This document shows positions 50,226 to 59,698 of a DNA stretch of 64,000 nucleotides, piece after piece. The DNA is from an uncultured Planctomycetota bacterium (GTDB taxonomy: Bacteria > Planctomycetota > Planctomycetia > Isosphaerales > Isosphaeraceae): positions 7,296,001 to 7,360,000 of the forward strand of contig CAVTTN010000002.1 in NCBI GenBank assembly GCA_963737655.1, written 5' to 3'. The position numbers and the translations under genes were made by a program. The notes beneath the pieces are model-generated. The model made no database searches. It worked only from the letters and a program-made list of their open reading frames with translations, and was not told where the DNA came from. Within the stretch, counting starts at the first letter, position 1. Every line of letters starts with the position of its first letter.

Positions 50226-51272
50226 TCAGGGCTCGGACAGGGGGGCGAGCTTCGCCGAACGTTCCTCGGCCTGGCCGTCGCGCAGGAGCTTCACGCGGAC
50301 TTCCCGGCCGGCTTCCAGGAGCTCGACGGCCGATCGCACCGAGGCCGGCCCGGTCACGTCGCGGTCGTCGATCTTGAGGATCACGTCTCCCGGTCGCAGG
50401 CCCGCGGCCTCGGCCGGGCTGCCGGGCGAGACCGAGGTGATCCGGGCGCCCCCGAGGAGGTTCTTCTCGGCGGCGAGGTCCGGGTCGATCGGCTCGCAAC
50501 CGACCCCGAGGAACGATCGCCGGACCCGGCCGAATTCCGCCAGGTCGGCCGCCACCCGCTTCGCCCGGGACGACGGCACCGCGAAACCCACGCCTTCATA
50601 ACCGCCGCCCAGGGTCTTGATGGCGACGTTGATCCCGACGATCCGACCCTTCAAATCGATCAACGGGCCGCCCGAGGAGCCGGGGTTGATGGCCGCGCCG
50701 GTCTGGATCAGGTCGTCGTAGCCGGCCGCCGGGAACTCCCTTCGGTTCGTGCTGACGATCCCGGCGCTGACCGTACCGGCCAGGCCGAACGGCTGGCCGA
50801 TGGCGAGGACCCAGTCGCCGAGGTCGAGCGCGTCGGAATCGCCCCACTCGGCCGAGGCGAGTCCCTTGGGGTCGATCACGACCAGGGCCAGGTCGCTCCG
50901 GGGGTCGCGGCGGACCTCCCGGGCGGTGCGTTCCCGGCCGTCGGGCAGGGTGACGACGATCCGGGGGACGTCGGGGATCACGTGATCGTTCGTGAGGACG
51001 TAGCCCTTCGCGGCATCGACCACCACGCCCGAACCGCCCCATTCGGGGGGGCCGTCTCGTCCCGGGAAGGCGCCGGGCCGGCGGAAGCCGGGGACCGGGG
51101 TCAGCGGCGGGACGCCTCCGATCCCCCGGACGGTCACCACGGCGGGCAGGACCCGACGGGCGGCCTTGCGGATGGCCGCGGAGATCGCCTCGGCCTCTCC
51201 GTCGGCCCGGACCGACGCCGGGGCAAGGATCGAGGCGGCCAGGGCGAGGGGGAAGATCGCGAGGAGCCTCAT
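50226..51272 (-). CDS. HtrA/DegP-like serine protease with one PDZ
   Basis: Signal peptide, LTNDHV, SDLA, INPGSSGG, PDZ. Confidence 0.92.
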   Translation of the reverse strand: MRLLAIFPLALAASILAPASVRADGEAEAISAAIRKAARRVLPAVVTVRGIGGVPPLTPVPGFRRPGAFPGRDGPPEWGGSGVVVDAAKGYVLTNDHVIPDVPRIVVTLPDGRERTAREVRRDPRSDLALVVIDPKGLASAEWGDSDALDLGDWVLAIGQPFGLAGTVSAGIVSTNRREFPAAGYDDLIQTGAAINPGSSGGPLIDLKGRIVGINVAIKTLGGGYEGVGFAVPSSRAKRVAADLAEFGRVRRSFLGVGCEPIDPDLAAEKNLLGGARITSVSPGSPAEAAGLRPGDVILKIDDRDVTGPASVRSAVELLEAGREVRVKLLRDGQAEERSAKLAPLSEP

Positions 51273-51345
51273 GGCCGTCCCTCCTGGAACGTCGAGGGCG
51301 AATCCTCGCCCCTCCTCTCGAATTTACCCAGCCTCGCCGGCCACT

Positions 51346-52008
51346 TCAAGGGTTCAACTCGGCCCGGGCCCATTCCATCAAGGAACGGAGGCGGCTGGTG
51401 TCGTCCATCCCTTCGCTCCTCGCCAACCAGGACGCGACCACATCGGCGGTGAGCAGGGGGAGCGCGAGGCTCCGTTCGATCTTCTCGTAGGCCCCGTCCG
51501 GGCCGAGGCGCCCGAACCAGAGCGCGCCGCCGTCGAATCGCCAGACCTCCGGGACTCCGAGGCCGGCATCGATCGGGAGCTTGGACCGCGAGTCCCGGGT
51601 GTTGTCCACCTCGATGGCCAGATCCGGAGGTGGGTCGCCCGCGTCGAGGTCGAGATCCTTCCGCCCTCGGACCGCCGGCTCGTTCGCGAGATAGAAGCAG
51701 TCGTCGGCTTCCTTCCCCTTGCCGCGATTTCGACCCATCCCCTTGCGTCGGAAGGTCGTCGATCCGGCGCTCGTGCAGGGGATGTTCAGGACGAGAGTCA
51801 CGGCGTGAACCACGAGGCCCAGGCCCCGAGTCTCTCGTTCGTGGCTGTAGGTCGGCGACATGAGCTCCAGCCTCCCGTCGTCGTAGGCCATGCGGAGGCC
51901 GTCGTTGCCCGGGTTGCGCCGGAGGGCCTCGTAGACCTTCCACGGGACGCCTTCCAGGACGATCCGGGGGCGGTCGAGCGTCGCGTCGGTCCGGGTGGTG
52001 GTCGCCAT
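51346..52008 (-). CDS. Uma2 family endonuclease
   Basis: LELMSP, EADDCFY, PPDLAIEVD, GVPEVWR. Confidence 0.9.
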   Translation of the reverse strand: MATTTRTDATLDRPRIVLEGVPWKVYEALRRNPGNDGLRMAYDDGRLELMSPTYSHERETRGLGLVVHAVTLVLNIPCTSAGSTTFRRKGMGRNRGKGKEADDCFYLANEPAVRGRKDLDLDAGDPPPDLAIEVDNTRDSRSKLPIDAGLGVPEVWRFDGGALWFGRLGPDGAYEKIERSLALPLLTADVVASWLARSEGMDDTSRLRSLMEWARAELNP

Positions 52009-52035
52009 GATCGGGCCTCCGGTCCATCCTTCGGT

Positions 52036-53310
52036 TCAGTTCTTGCGCTTCGGGGCCGGGGTGCTCGCCTTCTTCTCGGGGGTGGCCTTGGCTTTCGGGT
52101 CGGCCGGGAGGTCGTCCTCCGGGGGCTTGCCGGTGAGGGTCAGGCGGACGGTGGGGAGGGAGTCGTAGGGCAGGACCTTGATCCGCCGACCTCCGGTCAG
52201 GGGGAAGACGACCGGGGCGAGCTTGCCGACCGGGACCGTCTTGACGACCTTCGTTTCCTGGGGCGTGCCCTCGTGGGTGATGATTTCCACGTCGGCGGTG
52301 GCCACCGGGGTTTTCGGGTCGTTGTAGAGGACTTCGACCCTCGCCGTGAAGTTGCCGTTGAGGCTGCGAGGGCAGGTGTAAACGGTCTCGCGATCCTTGC
52401 CGCGGCCCTCCTTGACCAGGGTGCCTCCTCCGGCGGACCGGGGATGGAAATGGTCGGCGGTGGAGGCGGCGGGGTCCTCGACGACCAGGTCGAACCCGGC
52501 GTTTCCCGACCAGGTCAGGCGGAGGACCACGTCTCGGGCCTCGATCTCGGGCAGGCGGGCCAGGAGGGCGTCGGCCTCCGAGGTCTTGTCGTCCTCGCGG
52601 AGTCCCCGGGCGAGCTCGACGGCTCGCTGATGGGCGCCGACCCTCCAGATCTCATCGACGCCCGGCCAGCCGAGGCTCAGGAGGCGGTCCATCGCGTCGC
52701 CGAACCTCTTGCCGTCGCGGAGCCGTTCGGCCTGGGCCATGCTCATCAGGATCGGCTCGGGTCGGTTCGGCGCGGCGTCCATCGCCAGGTCGAGGATCTC
52801 GGCCAGGCGGAGCCTGGGGCGGCCGGGGAGGTCGAACTCGTCGTACTTCCTCAGCGCGAGCTGGTCGGCCGCGGCGATCAGGAGGATCGGGTCTTTCCGC
52901 CTCCGGGCGAGGTCCGCACCCCACCCGAAGGCCGCCTTGATCTGGGCCGGGTCGCGCCTGGATTTCTCCATGGACGTGCCGAGCGTCTCGTACATCCACG
53001 GCTCGGCGTGCTTGCCGTGGTACTTCAGGTACGCCGTGAGCGCCCGCTCCACGTCGTCGAACTTCGAGAGCTGGAGGAGGAAGCGGACGTCGGCGAGGAT
53101 CTGGATCTCGGGGACGTCGGCCTGCCTCTTGTAATAGGCGTCGTAGTCGCTCACGGGGCTGGGCGCGGAGGCGAGGGCGGAGGCCGGCGCGGCTTTCGGG
53201 GTGCCCGGAACGGCCGAGGGGCCGGAGGCGCCTGGATTGCGCGCCCCGGCCCCGGGGAGGATTGGTCGGCGATCCGGGCGAGGAGCCCGGTCGAGGCGCG
53301 AGCGCCTCAC
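52036..53310 (-). CDS. Hypothetical helical-repeat protein with C-terminal YfaP-like beta segment; start uncertain
   Basis: EPWMYETL, LLSLGWP, LTWSGNAGFDLVVEDP, ETVYTCPR; begins immediately after upstream TGA in the same frame. Confidence 0.75.
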   Translation of the reverse strand: MRRSRLDRAPRPDRRPILPGAGARNPGASGPSAVPGTPKAAPASALASAPSPVSDYDAYYKRQADVPEIQILADVRFLLQLSKFDDVERALTAYLKYHGKHAEPWMYETLGTSMEKSRRDPAQIKAAFGWGADLARRRKDPILLIAAADQLALRKYDEFDLPGRPRLRLAEILDLAMDAAPNRPEPILMSMAQAERLRDGKRFGDAMDRLLSLGWPGVDEIWRVGAHQRAVELARGLREDDKTSEADALLARLPEIEARDVVLRLTWSGNAGFDLVVEDPAASTADHFHPRSAGGGTLVKEGRGKDRETVYTCPRSLNGNFTARVEVLYNDPKTPVATADVEIITHEGTPQETKVVKTVPVGKLAPVVFPLTGGRRIKVLPYDSLPTVRLTLTGKPPEDDLPADPKAKATPEKKASTPAPKRKN

Positions 53311-55029
53311 TCACCTGCTTTTTTTTTGCCCGAGGGGAGGCACCGGATCCTGGGCCGGCGGGGCCAGGGGCATGGACCTCATGCCGCCCATTCCGCCGCC
53401 CATGCCGCCCATACCGCCGCCCATACCGCCGCCCATTCCGCCGCCCATGCCGCCCATACCGCCGCCCATGCCGCCCATACCGCCGCCCATGCCGCCGCCG
53501 CCGCCCATCAGGGAGAACGGGATGATGGCGAGGTCGGCCACGGGGTAGACGCGGATCTCGGTCGGCTGGTCCTTGGAGGCCGTGGAGGTGATGGTCAGCA
53601 GCCCGTCCTTGACGGTATACGTCAGGTCGAGTTGCTTCAGCAGGAGCTTGAGCGACTTCTTCAGCGCCACGCCGTCGAGGTTCAGGGTGATCGGCGAGGC
53701 CATCGTCTTCTCGGCCTCCTGGAGGCCGACCGGATCGACGTAGATCGGGATGCCCTGGGGCATGTCCTGACCGGAGGTCGCCGTCTTGATGTACTTGATC
53801 ACGTCCTCAAGGGGCGTCTCGTTGCCGAACGGCATCGACACGGGCTGGTCGAGCTTGTTGAGGATCGCCTGGCTCTTGGGGTCCCGCGAGTCGAGCGACA
53901 CGCTCTCGTACCGCTTGATCCGCTTCTCGGAGATCTCCCGCCAGTGCTCGGCGTCGGGGTACTCGATGGTGATCGTGTCGGGGAACGGGACGGAGGCCCG
54001 GGTCACGTCGTTCATCGTCAGGAGGAAGCGGTACTCCTTCAGCTCCTCGAACGACAGCTCGTTGGCGAGCGAGCCGATGAACTGGCTGTAGTCGAGGCCG
54101 ACGGCCGGGGTGGGATCGTTGGGGTCGAGGGCGCGGGCCTGCTGGGCGTAGAGGTGGGCCTCGGCGAACGGGGCGATCGCCTTGGCGATGTTGCCGGTGC
54201 CGCCGTTGAACAGGACGTTGTACTGACCCTGGGCCATCAGGGTGTCGAACCGGGTCATCAGGGCGTTGACCGTCTCCTGGTTGGTCTCGAGCTGCTCCAG
54301 GACGCGGGCCCGTTGCTGGGCGACCAGCTGGAGGCGGTTCATCTCGGCCTGGTTGAGCTGGATGTCCTCCTCGCGCTTGACGGTGGCGGCGTACTCGGCC
54401 TGGAGGCGGCCGATCAGGGCGTCTCGGACCGAGGGGGGCACCATGCTGTCGCCGGACACCGCGGTCATCCCGAGGCGGAGGAGGTTCAGCGCGCCGTCGG
54501 GGTTGGCACGGTTGACCTCGTCGCGGGCCTGGGCGATCCGCTCATTCGTGGCGGCGGTCAACTGCTGGACCAGGACGCGCTGGAGCTGCTCGGCCCGTTC
54601 GATGGTCGAGCTGGACCCGGGAGCCGGGAGGACGGCCTCTCCCTCGGCAGCTCCCCCGGGAGCGGGGAGGACCGGGATGTCCTCGGCGCCGGCCGGCGAG
54701 TCGCCCCCGGTGGCCGGGGCGGGCGGGGCGGGCGGCTGGGCCGGGCTGTCGATCGGCTTGTTCGGGTCCTGGCGGGTCAGGCGGATGGTGCGGACGCTGT
54801 CCAGGCCCTTCCGGGCCGCCTGGTTCTTCGGATCGCGCTTGAGGGCCTCGGCGAAGAACTTGGCGGCGTCGGACTTGCGGCCGGCGGCCTTGGCCTGCTC
54901 GCCCAAGCCGACGAGCTGATCGGCCAGAGGCGGCACGTCGGCCGCCCCGGCCAGGGCGGCGGACATCAGCAGCAGCACGCCGGCGGCTAGGAGGCCGGCC
55001 CCCTTCCTCGGTCGCGCGGTTCGGGTCAT
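53311..55029 (-). CDS. Secreted protein with TPR-like region, STN-like module and GGM-repeat tail
   Basis: Signal peptide; VPFPD..TIEYPD..HW; ETPLEDVI..IPIYVDP; YPVADL then (GGM)n. Confidence 0.85.
   Translation of the reverse strand: MTRTARPRKGAGLLAAGVLLLMSAALAGAADVPPLADQLVGLGEQAKAAGRKSDAAKFFAEALKRDPKNQAARKGLDSVRTIRLTRQDPNKPIDSPAQPPAPPAPATGGDSPAGAEDIPVLPAPGGAAEGEAVLPAPGSSSTIERAEQLQRVLVQQLTAATNERIAQARDEVNRANPDGALNLLRLGMTAVSGDSMVPPSVRDALIGRLQAEYAATVKREEDIQLNQAEMNRLQLVAQQRARVLEQLETNQETVNALMTRFDTLMAQGQYNVLFNGGTGNIAKAIAPFAEAHLYAQQARALDPNDPTPAVGLDYSQFIGSLANELSFEELKEYRFLLTMNDVTRASVPFPDTITIEYPDAEHWREISEKRIKRYESVSLDSRDPKSQAILNKLDQPVSMPFGNETPLEDVIKYIKTATSGQDMPQGIPIYVDPVGLQEAEKTMASPITLNLDGVALKKSLKLLLKQLDLTYTVKDGLLTITSTASKDQPTEIRVYPVADLAIIPFSLMGGGGGMGGGMGGMGGGMGGMGGGMGGGMGGGMGGMGGGMGGMRSMPLAPPAQDPVPPLGQKKSR
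53380..53508 (-). repeat. Coding (GGM)n repeat
   Basis: 9/12-nt units ATGGGCGGC(GGN) encoding GGMGGGM. Confidence 0.9.
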
Positions 55030-55302
55030 GATCGGGACCTCCAGGAGATGGACGACCGGCTCGGGTCGCGATGGGTCGGCTCGGGGCGCGAGGGGTTGGA
55101 TTCGACTCTAACGGACCGCGACGCGGCGGACAAGCCGGGACGTCCCCGGGCTTCTCCGTCGGATTCGCGCGATGTCCGCTCTTCGTCTTCCATTATGGCA
55201 CACGAGCCCGCCCCGAGGGTTTGACACCGCCGACCGGGCGTCCTAGGTCTCTGGCGGGGACGCTCGATCGCCAGCACCGACAGGACCGGAGGGCCGGGAC
55301 TC

Positions 55303-55710
55303 ATGGCCGCCAATGAGGAGACGCCTCGCGACGCCGCGAAATTCGATTTCTCCGCGTATCCTCCGGATACTCTGTTCCACGAGCGTCGGGAGAACCGCGA
55401 TCGGAGGGCCGTCGAAGCCCCCCCGCCGGTCCTCGTCCCGGCGGTCGTCCCCGAGAAGCGGGCTCGCAAGGAACGCCGGAGACGCATCGACCCAACCACG
55501 TTCGAGAAGCAATACACCGACGACGAAATCGAGTTCATGAACGCCATGCAACGGTTCAAGGTCCAGTCGGGGAAGTCCTTCCCCACCTATGGGGAAGTGC
55601 TCCGCGTGGCCTTCGGCCTCGGCTATCGCCGGGTGATCCGCGACGACCTGCCCTTCGACGACGACGAGCCGGCCGAAGTCCCGGAACTCGACGCCCTGGG
55701 CGTCCTCTAA
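55303..55710 (+). CDS. Conserved-looking hypothetical protein (ERRRRIDPTT motif)
   Basis: GGAGG RBS; ERR..DRR repeats then IDPTTFEKQY..DEIEFM.AM..FK...G..FPT..EVL. Confidence 0.8.
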   Translation: MAANEETPRDAAKFDFSAYPPDTLFHERRENRDRRAVEAPPPVLVPAVVPEKRARKERRRRIDPTTFEKQYTDDEIEFMNAMQRFKVQSGKSFPTYGEVLRVAFGLGYRRVIRDDLPFDDDEPAEVPELDALGVL

Positions 55711-55739
55711 AGCATGCCACCCGGCCAAACGACACGACC

Positions 55740-55780
55740 GACGCGAAGACGAAGGGCCCGGAAGCCCTTCGTCTCGCGTC
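55740..55780. terminator. GC-rich hairpin between convergent genes
   Basis: GACGAAGGGC-CCGGAA-GCCCTTCGTC with GACGCG/CGCGTC extension; no strong U-tract. Confidence 0.45.
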
Positions 55781-55822
55781 GGCCGTTGTGTTCCTTGGCT
55801 TGGGAGGCCGCCTCGACGGACC

Positions 55823-56758
55823 TCAGCGCTGGATGACCTCCGCTCCGGTCCCGTCGCGGAGCAGGCTGGCCCAGGCATGGACGGCCTGGCTGGTCAGGCG
55901 GACGGCCTGGGTCAGCCGTTCGGACTTCGAGGGGCCGGTCGGCTCGATCGCCACGGGGGCGAGTTCGGCCTTCATCGCGAAATCCAGGCCCGGGTAGAGG
56001 CTGGCGATCATTTCATCGAGGGTCGCCGGGACTTCGGCCACGAGGACCTTCTCCTCGGCGATCGGGGCGAGGTCGGCCACGAAGGTGGTGACCGTCTGGT
56101 CCACGACGGCCGAGAAGGCGGCGTCGGGGTCGGCGGTCCCGGGCGAGACGGCGATCAGCTCGGCCGCCGGAGCGGCGGGCGGGGCCTCGGCCGGCGGCGA
56201 GGCCACGGGCGTCTCGGCGACCCGGATGTCGGCCGGAGCGGCCACCGGCAGGTAATCCGGCAACGGGGGGAGCGTCGGCTCGACCGGCTCGAACCGGCCG
56301 ACCAGCCCCGGAACGTCGCCCAGGGCCGGCGGGATCGGCGCAGGAGCGGCCATCGGAGGAGCCTCGGGAGCCGGGGCCGTCGCGACCTTCGGCGCCTCGG
56401 CGGCCTCGGGGGCCGGCGAGGGCATCGGCATCGGCTCGGAGACGACCGGGGTCGTTTCGTCGGAGGGCATGGGCATGGGCATCGGCATGGGCATGGGCAT
56501 GGGCGAGAGGGCAGGGGCCGGCGGGGCCGTCACGATCGGGGCGGCCGGCTTCTCCGGCGCGACCGGGGCGATCGCCACGGGCGACCGGGCCAGGTCGTCG
56601 GCCCTGGGTTCGGCCACCACGATGAAGGCATCCGCCCCCTTCGGCATGGGCGACACCGTCGCCTCATTCCTCGCGATCAGCCCCACTTTCCGGGCCGTGC
56701 TCGGCAGATCCAGGGCCAGACCCGCCACCAAACCCACCAGGATCAAGCGAAGAGCCAT
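55823..56758 (-). CDS. Pro/Ala-rich secreted or membrane-anchored protein with (MP)n tract
   Basis: N-terminal hydrophobic segment, low-complexity body, terminal helix RLTQAVRLTSQAVHAWASLL. Confidence 0.7.
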   Translation of the reverse strand: MALRLILVGLVAGLALDLPSTARKVGLIARNEATVSPMPKGADAFIVVAEPRADDLARSPVAIAPVAPEKPAAPIVTAPPAPALSPMPMPMPMPMPMPSDETTPVVSEPMPMPSPAPEAAEAPKVATAPAPEAPPMAAPAPIPPALGDVPGLVGRFEPVEPTLPPLPDYLPVAAPADIRVAETPVASPPAEAPPAAPAAELIAVSPGTADPDAAFSAVVDQTVTTFVADLAPIAEEKVLVAEVPATLDEMIASLYPGLDFAMKAELAPVAIEPTGPSKSERLTQAVRLTSQAVHAWASLLRDGTGAEVIQR

Positions 56759-57037
56759 CGGAGGAACTCCAGGAAACGTACGGAAAGATCGCATGGCAAG
56801 AGGATTCCGTCCCAAAGGTCGGATCGGGGCCCCTCGGCGAACGCGGGGTTTGTATTGGAGTCTATCGACCACGGGTTCCGGGGCCTTTAAGACATCAGGG
56901 CAAGCCGGATCAATGGGGTAAGGAAGTCTGACCGGCGAAGCGGCTCTCATCGGCGAAGGGATTCGCGTTGTCGGGGTGGGGAAAAACCGTAGGATGGCGG
57001 TGCCGGGCGGGGTCCGTCTGGTGGGGAGGCCGCGACG

Positions 57038-58021
57038 ATGGGCCGAAGCGTGCTGGTGACCGGGGCAGGGGGGTTCATCGGGAGCCACCTGACCGAACGA
57101 CTCGTCCGCGACGGCCACGCCGTCCGGGCCTTCGTCCGCTACAACGGCCGGGACGATCGCGGCCACCTCGACCGGCTTCCCAGGGCCGTCCGCGAGGCGA
57201 TCGAGGTGCATCGGGGCGACCTGAAAGACCCGGAGGCCGTCCGAAAGGCCGTCGCGGGCCGCGAATGGGTGTTCCACCTCGGCGCCCTGATCGCGATCCC
57301 GTATTCGTACCAGAACCCGCTGGACGTGGTCCAAACCAACGCGGTCGGAACGGCGCATGTCCTGGACGCCGCGAGAGATAGCGACGCCCTGGACCGCCTG
57401 ATCCTCACGTCCACGTCCGAGGTCTACGGCACGGCCCGCCATGTCCCGATCGACGAAAGCCACCCGCTCCAGGGTCAATCGCCCTATGCGGCGTCCAAGA
57501 TCGCCAGCGACGCCCTGGGCCTGAGCTATCATCGTTCGTTCGGCCTGCCGGTGGCGGTGCTGAGGCCGTTCAACACGTTCGGCCCCAGGCAATCGGCCCG
57601 GGCGATCATCCCGACGATCATCAGCCAGGCCCTGGCCCGGTCGAAGGTCAAGCTCGGCAGCCTCGATCCTCGCCGGGACCTGACTTACGTCGAGGACACG
57701 GCCGCCGGGTTCGCCGAGATCGGCGCCTGCGACGCCGCGATCGGCCGGGTGGTGAACATCGGACGAGGCTCGGACCTCACCATCGGCGAGCTCGTCCAGA
57801 CGATCGCCCAGAGGCTCGGCCAACCGATCGCGGTCGAGACCGACGCGCAACGAGTCCGGCCGGCGGCCAGCGAGGTCGGCCGCCTCCTGGCCGGGACGGC
57901 CCTGGCCAAGGAACTCTGGGGCTGGGAGCCGAAGTTCTCTCTGGAAGACGGGTTAGATCGAACGATCGCCTGGGTCCGGGAGAACCTCGACGCCTTCCGG
58001 GTGGACGAATACACCACCTGA
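57038..58021 (+). CDS. NAD-dependent sugar-nucleotide 4,6-dehydratase (LegB-like)
   Basis: TGAGGFIG, LIAIPYSY, STSEVYG, YAASK, RPFNTFGPRQS. Confidence 0.9.
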   Translation: MGRSVLVTGAGGFIGSHLTERLVRDGHAVRAFVRYNGRDDRGHLDRLPRAVREAIEVHRGDLKDPEAVRKAVAGREWVFHLGALIAIPYSYQNPLDVVQTNAVGTAHVLDAARDSDALDRLILTSTSEVYGTARHVPIDESHPLQGQSPYAASKIASDALGLSYHRSFGLPVAVLRPFNTFGPRQSARAIIPTIISQALARSKVKLGSLDPRRDLTYVEDTAAGFAEIGACDAAIGRVVNIGRGSDLTIGELVQTIAQRLGQPIAVETDAQRVRPAASEVGRLLAGTALAKELWGWEPKFSLEDGLDRTIAWVRENLDAFRVDEYTT

Positions 58022-58111
58022 GCGGAGGGTCCGCCGGTCGGTTGCGAGGGGGATCGGCGGTCCCTATAATGGCGGCTCCCACCGAGGAACCGCCCGCCGC
58101 CAGGATCCGCC

Positions 58112-59095
58112 ATGACCATCGACTGGACGCCGCTGTCCGACCTGATCGCCTCCCACGACCGCTTCCTCGTGACCAGCCACGTCCGCCCCGACGGCGACGC
58201 GCTGGGCTCGGAAGTGGGCATGGCGGGGATCTTGCGGCATTTTGGCAAGGACGTCCGCATCGTCAACACGAGCCTGACGCCCCCTCGCTACGACTTCCTC
58301 GACCCCGACGGCTCGGCCTTCGAACATTTCGGAACGACCGTCCAGCCCGAGGCCCTCGCCGATCGCCAGGCCCTGGTGATCCTCGACCTTTCCAGTTGGG
58401 GCCAACTGGGCGAGATGGCGGAGTTCGTCCGGGCCTTCCCCGGGCCCCGCGTGGTCGTCGATCATCACGTCAGCCAGGATGACCTCGGCGCGATCTACTT
58501 GAAGGACACGACGGCCGAGGCGACCGGGACGCTGGTCCTCCGCGCCGCCCATGCGTTGAAGGCGCCGGTCACCGCGACGATGGCCGCCGGTCTCCTGACC
58601 GCGATCGCGATGGATACCGGCTGGTTCCATCATCCCTCGACCCGTCCCGAGACGCTGCGGGGGGCCGCCGAACTGGTCGAGGCCGGGGCGGAGATCGATA
58701 CGATCTATCGCCTCCTGTTCGAGAGGAATACGCTCGGCCGGCTGAAGATGATGGGCGAGACGCTCGCCTCCCTGAAGACGGAGCTCGACGGCCGGGTCGC
58801 CCACGCCGCGGTGACCCGCGAGGACTTCGAGAGGACCGGGGCGATCCCGCCGGACACCGAGGACCTCGTCGATTTCACCGTGACGTTGCGAGGCGTCGAG
58901 GTCGGCCTCCTGTTCATCGAGCAGAAACGAGGCGGGATCAAGCTGAGCGTCCGCTCCCGGGCGGGTTTCGATTGCTCGAAGCTCGCGGCCCAGTTCGGCG
59001 GAGGCGGTCACAAGGCCGCCGCCGGGGCCACGCTGCCCGACCCCTTGCCCGAGGCCCTGGCCCGCGTCCTGGAGGCCGTCCGCGTCTCGCTCTGA
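58112..59095 (+). CDS. DHH/DHHA1 phosphoesterase (NrnA-like)
   Basis: H.RPDGDALGS, DHH, DTG.F, SVRS, GGGH..AAG. Confidence 0.92.
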   Translation: MTIDWTPLSDLIASHDRFLVTSHVRPDGDALGSEVGMAGILRHFGKDVRIVNTSLTPPRYDFLDPDGSAFEHFGTTVQPEALADRQALVILDLSSWGQLGEMAEFVRAFPGPRVVVDHHVSQDDLGAIYLKDTTAEATGTLVLRAAHALKAPVTATMAAGLLTAIAMDTGWFHHPSTRPETLRGAAELVEAGAEIDTIYRLLFERNTLGRLKMMGETLASLKTELDGRVAHAAVTREDFERTGAIPPDTEDLVDFTVTLRGVEVGLLFIEQKRGGIKLSVRSRAGFDCSKLAAQFGGGGHKAAAGATLPDPLPEALARVLEAVRVSL

Positions 59096-59170
59096 ACGAC
59101 ATCCCCGAGGACCGACCGCCCGGGCCCCCGGATCGCCGGGGCGGCCGACTCTTCCCTCCCCGAGCCCGCC

Positions 59171-59698
59171 ATGCCCACCCGACGTGACCTCTACCGATTC
59201 GGAACGATCGCCCTCGGCGGCCTCCTGACCCTGGCTTTGGCCGTCCCGGGCGTGGCGTATGTGCTCGACCCTCTGATGAGGAAGCGGTCGGCCGCGAAGG
59301 TCTTCCGGCTGGCCAAGCTCAGCGAGCTGGAGGTCGAGGTCCCCCAGTCCTTCCCGATCGTGGACGAGCGGCAGGATGCCTGGGTGAAGTATCCCAAGGA
59401 GCCGATCGGCCTGGTCTGGCTCGTCCGCCAGAAGGACGGGGCGCCCGAGAAGGTCATCGCGTTCCAGGCCGAGTGCCCCCACCTCGGCTGCGCCGTGAAC
59501 GTCACGGCCGACAAGAAGAGCTTCCGCTGCCCGTGCCACGACAGCGCCTTCACCCTCCAGGGGACGCCCGAGAACCGGGTCCCGCCCCGCCCGATGGACC
59601 GCCTGCCCGTCGAGCTTTCCGAGGACGCCGACCCCCTGATCCGCGTGACCTTCGAGCGGTTCCGGTCCCAGACCGAGGAGAAGATCCCCCTTGCTTAA
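59171..59698 (+). CDS. Rieske 2Fe-2S subunit of Rieske/cytochrome b complex
   Basis: Tat-like TRRD plus TM; CPHLGC and CPCH. Confidence 0.93.
   Translation: MPTRRDLYRFGTIALGGLLTLALAVPGVAYVLDPLMRKRSAAKVFRLAKLSELEVEVPQSFPIVDERQDAWVKYPKEPIGLVWLVRQKDGAPEKVIAFQAECPHLGCAVNVTADKKSFRCPCHDSAFTLQGTPENRVPPRPMDRLPVELSEDADPLIRVTFERFRSQTEEKIPLA

Noticed and set aside
51166..54990. 1274-aa plus-strand ORF and other long overlapping ORFs (e.g. 22929..25754, 28687..31227, 41868..44303)
   Set aside because: Antisense shadows of real high-GC genes with no motifs of their own.
55196..55212. Sigma-54 promoter (TGGCAC)
   Set aside because: No TTGC at the -12 position.
56465..56503. (GGCATG)n hexamer tract as a phase-variation locus
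   Set aside because: In-frame (MP)n linker; unit changes would not switch expression.
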